64,000 nt of DNA from Podarcis bocagei. Lineage: Eukaryota. The stretch's first letter is position 1; each line of letters begins with the position of its first letter. The notes beneath the pieces were generated by a model, which searched no databases, was not told the origin of the DNA, and worked only from the letters and a program-made list of their open reading frames with translations. The stretch lies in the NCBI GenBank assembly GCA_964188305.1, contig OZ076893.1. The stretch is one strand, 5' to 3'. Below are positions 46,113 to 57,931 of this stretch, one piece after another. A program made the position numbers and the translations under genes.

Positions 46113-47667
46113 CTGTAGACTTTACTTAAGACCTGTCTACTCTCAGAGTGATAAATTCAAATTACAACTGTGTGCAACATATATAATTAGGCTGCAGTAA
46201 AGATGTTTCAAGAGTGCTTATGCTCAAAGTTGGCAGCTGCAATACTCTCCATGCTTACTTGGAAGTAAGCCCTAGAACACATGATTCTATGGATTATGTC
46301 ATATCTGCCAATTTAGAATGTGTGTTTTTTATTGTATTTATTATATACTGATTAATATTTCTAAGCAGTGCAAGTAAAATTACAAAAAAATAAAAATAAA
46401 CCATGCATAGAATAACAATTAAAAAATCATAATAAACCCAACACCACTTTAAAATGTCATGTACCTGAAGCTCAGCAAGGAGGGTGCCTGTCTAACCTCA
46501 GACACACTAGTCATATTTATAATAAAATAAAAAGTTAACTTTGCTGGTTGAATAAGAGGGAAATATTCATAGCCTCTCCTTGTCCCATATCTCTGTGATC
46601 ACCGCTCCCACCAACTTCCCCATTTCTTACTTTAGACTGCAATCTTAAAGTTAGAGAAAGACAGAAATCTACCTCCCAAGGGGAACATGTCCACAACCCA
46701 TAGTGCACAAATCTACTGCAATGTAGTTGCAATGAGCATATAATAGTTCCTTTATGTATATATGCAGCCTTTGATAATTAATTTCTTCTCCATAGCTTGA
46801 AAGTATTTCTGTGGCTAGCTTCTAATCACCAATGCACAGAACACACTTGACAGACTGTCTTTTCCTATTTTGATTCAATGCCCAGAGACCTGACGAAGCA
46901 ACTGACTTGTTTGTTGTTGAAAAGGATTAATACTGCAAAGTGGAGGTTTTCAAAAGTGCCAAAATAAAATAATTGGTGAGAAAAGGAAACACAATGAAGT
47001 CTCAGTCTGCAGTGAACCGCACAGGAGCATGTGGGCTTTTAAAACAAAACATGCCTTGCGAGAGCAGCCAAACTGAAGGGGAGGTTATGGTAGAGAATTT
47101 GTAATTATATGAGCATATCCCGGTTGAATGCTGATTAAACTGGACTAGGTTTAGTGTGAAATCCCCTCTATATATCACTATAATGATGCTGTGCTGTAAC
47201 AGCTGCTCTGCTGACAAAATCATACACCAGGGGTGATGAACCTGTAGCCCTCCAGATGTCATTGGACTACAATTCCCATTATCCCTGACCATTGTTCATG
47301 CTGGCTGATGCTGATGGAATTCGATCAAGAACAGAAGGGCTACAAGTTCAATGCCAAACACCCCGTGTGCAAGTTATGGTAGCTGCTTTTTCTGGAAAAC
47401 AAAATGGGCAGATGCACAAGTAAATATGGTTCCTTGCATGTTTCAAAGGCCTCTTCATGTTTCTTTATAAACATCAGTCCAGAGCAGTTTTTAATGAAGA
47501 AGCATTAAACATTTCCATTTTTATATATTCTTAGGGATTCAGCATCCAACCTAACATATTTAGGAAACAAAATTACATATAATATTTCCTACATGGCCAA
47601 AAGAAAACATGGATCACATCCTGCTACAAATAAAATTCACTTTGGCAGGTGGACTATATTACATATA

Positions 47668-47876
47668 CAATGGTACCTCGGGTTAAGTACTTAATTCGTT
47701 CCGGAGGTCCGTTCTTAACCTGAAGCACCACTTTAGCTAATGGGGCCTCCTGCTACTGCTGCGCTGCCGGAGCATGATTTCTGTTCTCATCCTGAAGCAA
47801 AGTTCTTAACCCGAGGTACTATTTCTGGGTTAGCGGAGTCTGTAACCTGAAGCGTATGTAACCCGAGGTACCACTG
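47668..47876. mobile_element. Tigger/pogo-like MITE (second family)
   Basis: TIRs CAATGGTACCTCGGGTTA / TAACCCGAGGTACCACTG, TA flanks. Confidence 0.88.
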
Positions 47877-50304
47877 TAAACATTTGGGGTAATCAAAATG
47901 AAAGTGGTGCTATTTCTAGTTTCCTCAAAATGCATTGGGAACCATATGTACTTACCCAACTGTTCATTTCAAAATGGACATTTTCCACCTGGGGTTTCAA
48001 ATCCTTGGCCTTTAAGTGCTCTTTATAATTATGGGCAGAGTAAAGTTCAGCAGGAAGAAATAAACATCTCCTCCCCCAAAAGCTATTCCCAAAGTTCCCA
48101 GGTTTTATTTTATTCTGCTCCAAAGCGTAAGAATGTTCCTAATTCTTTTCTTTCATCTCTTGGCCAAGAAGGGAGTGTTGTGTTGTGTTCTGATAGGTCA
48201 GAGTCACAAGTGAAGTTTCAGCAGGAGAACTTGTTAATTGCTTCTGGCCTTGATCCAGCTCTTAATTGTGCATAACAGCTGGTGGGGCTGGGTGGGGGTG
48301 TGCAATGCCAGCTGCATCAAAGGACACATCCACCCATCAGCAGGGCCTTGGTGAGCAATGCAATGTGGTTGTGTGATCCAGGTGCGTGTGTGCATCCACT
48401 ATGCACATGAAAGCTTTCCTCAATACACAGATCTCCCTTGTTGCATGTGTTTTCATACACAGCGATGCCCAATGGGGTCTAAATAGTTGCTCCAAGGGCA
48501 GATTGTATCAGATGTAATAGTAAACAAAGCAAAATGACAGTTGGATACTTGCTTGCTACTACATTGGTGCAGTAATATTAATGGTCACTTGGCTACAATG
48601 GCCATGAGAGGCAACCTAGGAATCTGCAGTGTCAGATATTACTTCTCACCTCTTTGAATATATCTGCAACTCATGCTTAAACTGCTACATTGTCTTTTCA
48701 TGTGCCCAGAGAATTGTAGCAGTTGTGGCTTGTGACACCTAGACCTGGAAGATGGTATCAAGGACCTAAAAATAAAAATGCAAAAAAATAATATCAATAA
48801 CTGCAACAACAAAAACCCCTCGGCCCAAGAGTCTGTTCACCAGCCTCAGCTTCTTCTTCTTTTTGAGCCAGTCAGGATTCCACCCTCCCATGCCAAGTGC
48901 GAAAAGATCTGCAAGGAAGGGAGCAGGTCTACCAGGACTCAGATGTCTCCATTATTGCTTGAATCACAGATGGACAGAGAGGGCTTGGTCCCTTTATCAT
49001 TTTTAGTGGCCCGCTGAGCTACTGTTTTTAAAGGGCTACAGACTTACTTTGGCTAAAATGGGAGTGAGCAAGGTTATGGAGCTTGTGTAGTTCTTTAAGG
49101 GCCATTCTAATTTTCTTCCCAAAATCCAATAATTTATGGTTTCCAGAAACATCAGTGAAAAAAGAACCAACAGTTGTGGAGCACATAGCCTTTGCCTTAC
49201 TTGGGTCAGGGTTCTTGCTAAGTCAGGGTTCAAAACTGGAGGAGGATAATCACCTTTAAAATATGTTCTAAGAGCCTGCAGAACTATGGATTTTTTTTTG
49301 CTATATTGAATGCAAATGCACATCTTTCAAGTTCTTTGTTTTTAAAAATCAGGTGTGACAGCAAATTTGGCCAAAAATAGGCACAAAATTTCATGTTGAA
49401 TTGCTTCCATTTGCTCTCTGCTGTACAGAGCAGTGGAAACATCTAGTTACAGTGTTGCTGCCAAAGGCTACCTATATCCTGGGGATTGGGAATGGATCAA
49501 GTCAATCACTTGATCCAGGAACCACACTGAAACGTACTGCAGGCATATCCCTTGGTGGCTAGTGATGCCACAGTTGTGATTTTTCAGAGATTTAAATCTG
49601 GAAAATGTTACAGCTTCCCAGGATTATTGGAAGTTGAAGGGATTTTAATATGCAGCTAAAGTGTTTTAAATCAACCTAATAAAATAATTATTCAAGCATT
49701 CTTTTAGCATAATTAACACCTTTGAACTGCCCGGTTGAAATACAGGTTTTAATTGCTAGAACACTGTGGAGGATGCCCAACCGTGAAGCTCCTGTTGTGG
49801 CAAATCTAATGAGAATGGATTTTCTGTTTCTCGTTTCATCACCTCACCAGTGCTTTTTAGAAAAAAGCATACCCAAAATGTCAGAAAAATCATATCAAAT
49901 AAATTAATAGTCTTTTCTGTTGTGTTGGGAGGGGGAATAGATGGGCAAACTATTTCTAAAAAACACACAGGACCAGTTTCCTGTGGTGTTTCCAGATTTT
50001 GAAGCGATCTGCTTCCAGCAGTTTCTCAATGCACATTCATTATTTATTATGCTCATTAAGTAAACAGCTTCTCAAGCAAGGTTTAAGGATTTTATTCAAT
50101 TCTCTGATGCCCCCCATGAGCCACAGCTAAGATTTCATGTTTTGCAGATATAGTTCTTATTGTACTTCCTCTGTGTTTGCTCCAAAATTGATTTTAGGAT
50201 TTGATGCTCTTAGGGAAGGCTTGGGCAGAACTAGACATTATCTTGGCAAATGTGCAGCCCCTGGCTGTGTTTGCTGGCACAATGGGAACTCGAGTTAGGA
50301 GGAG

Positions 50305-50603
50305 CAGGGCCGGATTTAGGTTTGAAGAGGCCCTAAGCTACTGAAGGTAATGGAGCCCTTTATATGTCCAGCTGTCCTTTGTCAACGACAAATGGTTGGT
50401 TTTTTGTGTTGAATATATGCTCTGGTAATTTATAGACCTAATAGGTATATAAAGCCATTTGCACATAACAAATAGGAGCCTACACAACACAAAACAGTGT
50501 TGCTGTATGTAGGTTTTATTTTATTTGTTTTTTATCTTATATTTTGGAAATGTAGAGTGGGGCCCTAAGCTATAGCTTGTTTAGCTTATATGTAAATCCA
50601 GCA
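50305..50603. mobile_element. Degenerate MITE (Harbinger-like)
   Basis: GGCCGGATTTA ... TAAATCCAGC termini; GGCCCTAAGCTA near both ends. Confidence 0.55.
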
Positions 50604-53600
50604 GAGGCACTTACAGGGGCCACAGAAAGTAAATTATCTGAGGACTATGGTCATGGCTACTGTTTAAAGCTTAGCATGAAAATAGAAATATTAAAATAAT
50701 ATGACAAAGATCTTGATCCAGATACACACATATATTGTCAGAAGCAGCATTTTGTAGTCAGATGTGCCTCAGATCATATGTTTCCAGCGGCATGTTATAG
50801 ACCAGACCTGTGTGGGATATATTTTCTATCAGATTATTTATTTACATATTATTTGTTTTCTTTACTGCATTTATATACCACCTTCCTGATAAGGCATTAA
50901 AGATTAAGTTACAAAAGACAAAATAATAAAACAGTAGACTTCTGTCAGCCACTGGTGATCTCTTTGGGAGCTGATGGTATGAGATTCCTGATTTGGGCTT
51001 CTTCTCTTCAACTTTCCTCATATCAAAGTTTTTACGTATGGTATTTCACGGAAAGGCAGATAAGGATCATTGTCAGTGGCTGCTTTGGGAGCAGATAACA
51101 TGAACTCCTCACCCTACAATTCTTCTGCATGAATCTTTGATAGTAAGGAGCCTATTAAAATGCTCACATTTTGGCCATCTCTTTATACTGGCATTTAATG
51201 GACCAATGACACCAAATCTTGAAACTGAACATTACATGCAAAAACTGAAGCTTTGGTAATGTGAATCCAATCATCTCTACCAGTTTGCCATAGGAGCTTG
51301 AAGTATCAGGTTGCTCCAAGTGGGCGTTAAAACAGAACAATTTACTAAGTAAGTCTGTAAGTAGCAGATGGGTTGCAAAGTAAGGACAGAATATAATTTG
51401 GGAACTTGGTTTGTAAAATGTTTAGGGGATAACCATTCTAGCAAGTGTAAACACTAAGGCAATTCCATGAAAATGTCTACCTACACACTCATTTTTATTT
51501 TTCATAGATTGTTAACTGTTCTGTATCATTTTAAAGATAGTTTTCCTAAGTTTCATTATATGGCAACAGTTTTTCAAAATGGCATATTGCATGTGAGTAA
51601 AGCTACCACAAATGTGACATGCAAAATGACTCGGAATTGCACTGAAAGTGGCTCTTGAGAGCTTTACCTTTACCTAAAAGAAGCCTCTTCTGTAATTTGT
51701 TCAGATCCTCAGGAGCTTAAGAAACAGCTGGAGGGTTTTATTGCTATTTGTGTTGAAAAGACAAAATATTGATCATTTCTGTCATCATCTATGTTGGCTA
51801 TCTCCCAAAGCAATGTTATATTGATTGTTCTGTTTCAGAAATCCTGATTTTGGTGTGTGTTTTTAGTACTTCCCCAGCTACAAAACAGAACTGCAAAGCT
51901 TTGTCAATACCAGAGTCTACAATATACTGCAGTAAAAGCATTACTTTTCTTTATCCTCAGGTTGTTTGGTTTCATTTGTTTGCTTTGCATGCAACTAGTG
52001 TAGATTTTAGCTGTGAGCAAACTCTATATATACTATACTACACTACACTACACTACACACACACACCTCATTTTTTTGATTTTTTTGTTTTAATTTAAGA
52101 TACACAATATACAAAAAATTATTCCCCCCCCCCCAGTGCCATTCCTTGTGTAACCAAAACAGCACCACACACACACAATAGGAAGGTATTGGCATACTTG
52201 GGAAAAACTTGTGGTTTGCAGAAGTACTAAAACACCAGCGGAAAAACCTAAAGGGGAAAAAGTTCTCAAAAACAACTCAGTGAGGACTAATATATTCAGG
52301 GTCTACAAAATACTGCCTGGCTGCTGGAGAAAAGAAAAGAAAAACTGGAGAGATAATACTATGGGGAAAGTAAGTAGGTCCCATTGAGTTTAATGGCACT
52401 TACTCACAGGTAAGTGGTTATTGGGTTGCAGCTTAAATGTGACAGAAAAATTGAGTGTCAAAACACAAAAACTGAGTGTCTGTTCAGCTTTGCAGTTGAC
52501 ATTCAGCAGATTTATTAGTGCCACCTACTGGTTCTTTAAAGTTTTTCTATTGAATCTAGAGAAATTAAAAGCAACGCCTAAATGATAAATTGATTAAAAT
52601 AACATTGGGATTAAATTAAATTCTAAGTTTTTTGTTTTGTGTTTTAAAAAGGATCTGCCACAAGGAAAAAGGAGACAAGACTTTGTGGTTGTTGTTTTTT
52701 TGCAATAGGCATAACAAGGTATGTAGTTGTACCCAGCTGCACCCTACTGCAGATGTAGATACCCAATAAAGTAGACTTGAGGCTTCACTGTGTTTGTGAA
52801 TGAAAGGATGTCCATGTGTGAAAGAGTGTGCAGAATAATTCTGAAAAAGAGAGGGAATTGGGGAAAATGAGCTCATTTATAGGTAATAAGAGCAAATTAA
52901 TTGTCTTAGGAGTTTCCTGTTGGACAGAAAACTGGGTTCAGATGAGGGATTTTGTGTTCTGGGGCTCAGATCCTGGCTATGCCTTGAGATTATCAATGTT
53001 TACAAAATGACAGCCATTTTGTGACTAGCCATGGCCATGGCAGCCATTTCACAACAGTTTTTAAAATCTCCAAATGTGCCCACAAGTTCAAAAAGATTGG
53101 TGACCTATTTCTTGCTCAACTCCAGCCATTAACAACTATTGTAAGAAATGCCACTATTTCTAAGTTGCAATCAAAATAAAAGCCATCAAAACAACAGATA
53201 ATGCTCCTCTGTTGGGTCTTCATTTTCTCATCCCTACATTTTGTTATCTAAACAGTCAAATCTTTAAAAATGGTTTTAGCTACCTAGTAGTGCAAAGTAA
53301 GGACTTGCACTACTGTAGTTAAAACATGGTTCGGTTGCTGGCAAACAGGGCAGGAGAAAAATAATCTATTTATTGTGATTCTGCAGTTCTATAAATTATC
53401 TTGTCTATAAATGTTACAACCATCATCTTACTTGTGTGCATCCGCCCTATCTATACAAGGCCAAGCCCTACGAGTCCCAAATTGACCTGGGTAAGGCTCT
53501 GGCACTGAATAATCTTGTCTCAGTGCCATCACCTTCCAGTTTGTAATTATGTGTTGGAGTGCCTCTTTCCAGATCTCAAAGCACTATACTGATGCTAATG

Positions 53601-55099
53601 AAGGTTTGTAAGGGTATTAAATAAAATTATTATCATTCACATTTCATAAAGGCACAGAATGGCAGTTCTGTGACTTGCCCAAGGCTACACAACAAGTCTG
53701 TGGCAGAACTGGTTGAGCAACACAGGAGCCTCACATTTCAGTTGTGTGGTGATAATTATCGCAACAATGAAAGGAGAGTTTAGCATGCCACTGACCTTTT
53801 GGGAGAGGGCTTCTTTGTTCTGGTTTTGGGTATTTTTAACCCACCTTTGTGTCAAAGGTCCCCTAGGTGGCAAATGATACAATAATCACAATTATAATGA
53901 AAGGTAACAAACAAAAACTGGGCTAAAATAATGTTAGACTCACAATATAATTCAAACCATCTGGGCACATAAGGGTTTTGCCTGGTTCTAAAATAATGTT
54001 AAGGTAGGTGTTGGGTAGGCCTATTTGGGATGGACATCACACTCATCGTATCTTACATTGCAGAAGCATTAAGAGAATAATTTCAGATGACTGTGCTGGT
54101 GCATGGGGAAAGAAGTGATCATTCAGATACTGAAGTTCCAAGCCATGATCAAAACCAGCACTTTACATGGAGAGTGGGCAGCTCTCCAGGCTATTCTGTC
54201 TTTCTCATCCTCTCAAGGCAAATTTTTAAGGCAAAAAGATGAAGCAATGAGACATCTTTGGCGGAAAGGGATGAATGAGGACAGCCAGAGGTGGATTTAG
54301 GGCGGCATGACTGGTTCCACCACACTGGGTGCAGGGCCTAGGAGGCGCTGCAAGAACAGAGCAGAACAGAAGGAGAGAGGAGGGCAGGGGAAACCCACAA
54401 GGCTTGATCCTTTGTACATTTACTCAGAAGTACTGGTAAATCCCACTGAATTAAAATGGATTTACCCCTAGGCCACGAAACACAAGGCTGAACAGTTCAT
54501 GTTTACTTGTCCTTAAATTGAGGAAGGGGGCTCAACATATTGCTATTTTATTATGTTTTAACAGTGTGGGTTCTCAAAGTTCAAGATATTTTAATATCTC
54601 AAATGTTTAAAATTAATTTCTCTGGCATCCTATTTACATTTGGAACTACATTCCTATTTATCCAAACCAGAACTACGGCTGAGATTTCCTTTAGCCTTAG
54701 AAAGAAACACTCTCTAGTTTTTGTTAAAAAGTTACGTCGCTCTCAATAGATTTACTTCAAAATAATAATTAATCATAAAAAATAAACGAACAATCGTCTT
54801 GATTTCAATGACAAATAGGCATCTGAGATGTTTCCACTTTCCAGTCTGCTGACACCGGGAGCCAACATTTCGCCCAATAACAAGCTGGATTGAAACAAAA
54901 TGCAGCATGAGGAGACACCGTCGGTGTGCGGGTTAACAGCAAACTGCACTCCAGCATTTTGGCATGCAGGTGAATATCATTTGCCCACCTTTAAAAAAAA
55001 CCAAAGAAATAGAACAGAAGGAAGAAAAGCTTGTGATCTCGTAGTCCCTCCTCTCCACTAAGCTAATTTCCTACTTTCAGAGGTTTATCTGCCTTTTAA

Positions 55100-55600
55100 A
55101 AAAAAAAGAAGCGGAGGTGCATTAGAAACGCGATTCCTCCTCTCCCGTGGTCATTTCCACCCCTTTTCCCTCCACGAGGGGAAGGGGAAGAGACACCGGT
55201 GAGGCGCCGCCATCTTGGCGGAGAGGAGCGAGGGGGAGAGGCGGGAGCGGGGAGGGGATCCGGGTGGCCTGAAGAAGGTGCGCCAGCACCGCCCCCTCGC
55301 CCTTCTCACCGGTCGTTCAAATATCGCGCGATTCTTCTAGCACCACCACCTCCCTGTCTCGGCTGGCCCTGCATTCTGTCTCCGAAAGGACCCGTGAGCC
55401 CGCGCGGCCGTTGGCGCCCTGAGGCGAGTCCAGGTGAGGCGCCGGCTCTCTGCCAAGCGGCTCAGGTGAGGGACGGGGGCGTGGCTTGGCGCCCAGCTGC
55501 CCGCCCCCCCGCCCCCTCCGCTGTGGTTTCTTCCCGTCTGAGGGACCCGACGGGACGGGGTAACGACGACGCCTTGTGTTGGCATGTGGGGCGGCTGCCG
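55100..55600 (+). promoter_or_regulatory. CpG island promoter and non-coding exon 1 of FZD6
   Basis: CpG-rich tract about 1.2 kb upstream of the FZD6 coding exon; candidate donors CAG|GTGAG after 55433 and 55465; GC boxes; YY1-type GCCGCCATCTTG at 55206-55217. Confidence 0.75.
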
Positions 55601-56947
55601 AATAGAGGCAGGTTAGAAAGAGTTTCTTCTTCCCCTGCGCTGAGGGCGGCGTTGGAGAAGTATAAGAGGCCGTTTGTTTGGAGGACTGAATTAAATCCGG
55701 GTTTTCTGTTCTCAGCATCTTGAAAAAAATGCTCCATGGCAGGTAATGCCGCTTCGAAGAGCTTTCAGGGCAAAGTCGTTGGTGGGCTCTCTCGTTTCAA
55801 GTCTTCCCCAAATCCGGGTGAAATAGCTGTGTTAGGACAAGCGGAAAGTCGCGAAACGGCGTGTGAGTTTTCCAGAGCCTTTCTACCAGGCCATCTCTAA
55901 GGTGGTAAAGCAGGGAGGGGAAATGCTGGCTGCAGTTCAAGCTGTGGAGGCATTGTCGGTGAAAGGAAGGAAGGGAGTTGGTTTTTGAGGCGGAGAGAGC
56001 CTCGGTAGCTGCAAAGTGTGGGCGGAATCGGGCTTATAACATACCTGTTAGAAGAGATCGTACCTCTCTCTCTATTCACGTTGTAACGTGAGCTTTCTCC
56101 CCTCTGAAATGTCTGCCGTCAGCTTAATTGGTATGTGGGCATCTTTCCTTCTTTTGGTTCATCTGTGCGATGAGGAAGAAGTTTCAGAGCTCTTCAGTCA
56201 GCGCAGCAATGCAAACAGTTCTTTTGCAAACCACATTGTAAACTATAAATGTATTGGCTGTATTGAGGGCCCTCCTGTAAACTTGTATGTTGACGGTTGC
56301 TGCTTATATGGAAGATGTTTAAATTATATGTTTAGAAGTTATGACTGACCTACATTTTGAAAATTGGGGTGTGTCTTTCAAGTTTCTGATGGTGTTACTG
56401 AGAAATTTACCCTGTGGGGTTTAGTTCTTCTTAACATGTAGTATGTCTTTGTAGCTGCAATCCCAAGTAATCTTCGTTGAATGTAGTGAGACTTATTTCT
56501 GAATGAACATGCATAGGCTTGTACTGTGCAGAATAGTAACTGATTATTAGCTGAGCTATCCTGATTGTCACTGCTGTCAACGACTGATCCAGTTGTCTTT
56601 TGCCTTGAGGAGGTGTAGGGTAATAATAGCCTACCTTATTTCTAAAAGTATTGGTAAGCTTTTGCCTTTTAAAGTTCTATTTGATGCATTTCAAAGATCT
56701 TGAAGCAGTTACAGCTATTGTTAACTGTTCTTTTTTCCTTTACAGTGCACAAATGGCAAAGTTTATCTTTCAAGTAATCGAGACAGGCAGATGAGAATAT
56801 GAAGAGAAACAGGAAAACGAGTCTTGCCATTTCATTGCAGTCTCTGAGAAATTAAAAAAGGAATATGTGTTTACTTTGACTGTGAACAAAGTATCCTGTG
56901 GAGAAGCTGATCATGACACAACACTGAAGTGTGAAATGCCTGGCAAG

Positions 56948-57124
56948 ATGGGTATCTTTGTACTTCTGACTTTGAGCTTAATCTTAAACTTGACACATGG
57001 GCATAGCTTATTCACCTGTGAACCCATTACTATCCCAAGATGTTCTGGAATGGCCTACAATATGACATTTTTCCCCAATGTGATGGGGCACTATGATCAG
57101 CAAACTGCAGCTGCCAGAATGGGG
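56948..57124 (+). CDS. FZD6: Frizzled-6 first coding exon (signal peptide and start of CRD); exon probably starts at 56746; rest of gene outside the window
   Basis: AAGATGG Kozak; [18 protein letters not shown] signal peptide then [33 protein letters not shown] (FZD3/6 CRD); donor ggg|gtgagt; synteny with BAALC selects FZD6; in-frame ATG also at 56936. Confidence 0.93.
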
Positions 57125-57734
57125 GTGAGTTGTTCTTTCTCTACCGTACATGCTATAAATATTTTTTCTGTTATATGTACAAATGTGATTCTGTCAGTAA
57201 AAAGAATTCTAGGTAAGACATGTTCAATATTACACATTATGAGGAAAAACCTAGTGTTCTGAAACAAGACTTGAAATAGTTACCAAACGCCTAAAAATCA
57301 TAAAGAGAGAGATGCAGGTACAAACATAACAGTATGGGCATGTGACCAGATTTTAGGGTCTATTCTTACATGGTTTGAGCCTGAAAATTAACAAAAGAGC
57401 TCCTACATCCTGTCTGAATAAATGTATAGAAGATCTTCTGTATTACCTTTTTAAATCTTCAAAGTGTTTAGTCATCTGAGCTTCCTGACTGTTTATAGCA
57501 GGCGACCTTGTGCTGTATCCCCTCAGGCCACTGGCATCTGCATGCAGTTGGCATAAAAATTCATTGCTGCCCATAAAGTTCTAAAATATGAGATGCATCT
57601 CTTCCACAGATCTCCTAACTGGGTATAAAAGCATAGGTGTAGTAACTCCTCAAATAAGTTTCGTTCATTAAGCTAAATGAAAGGAGTGTTAAGCTTCTCT
57701 GAAGTTTATTCTTGTCTCTAACATACTCCTTCAG

Positions 57735-57931
57735 TTACAGGTAGGTAGCTGTGTTGGTCTGCCATAGTCGAAACAAAATAAAAAAAATCCTTCTAGTAGC
57801 ACCTTAGAGACCAACTAAGTTTGTTATTGGTATGAGCTTTTGTGTGCATGAAGAAATGTCCGTGCACACGAAAGCTCATACCAATAACAAACTTAGTTGG
57901 TCTCTAAGGTACTACTGGAAGGAAATTTTTT
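57735..57931. mobile_element. Penelope-like element remnant forming an inverted repeat
   Basis: About 60-bp arms (57788-57848 and 57863-57923), 12-bp TSD ATACTCCTTCAG (57723-57734 and 57932-57943); TGAAGA..GAAAGCTC hammerhead-like core. Confidence 0.75.

Noticed and set aside
17890-48960. Similar ~100-bp sequences near 17895-17990 and 48815-48945
   Set aside because: Look like two decayed copies of the same old LINE 3' region, not a functional duplication
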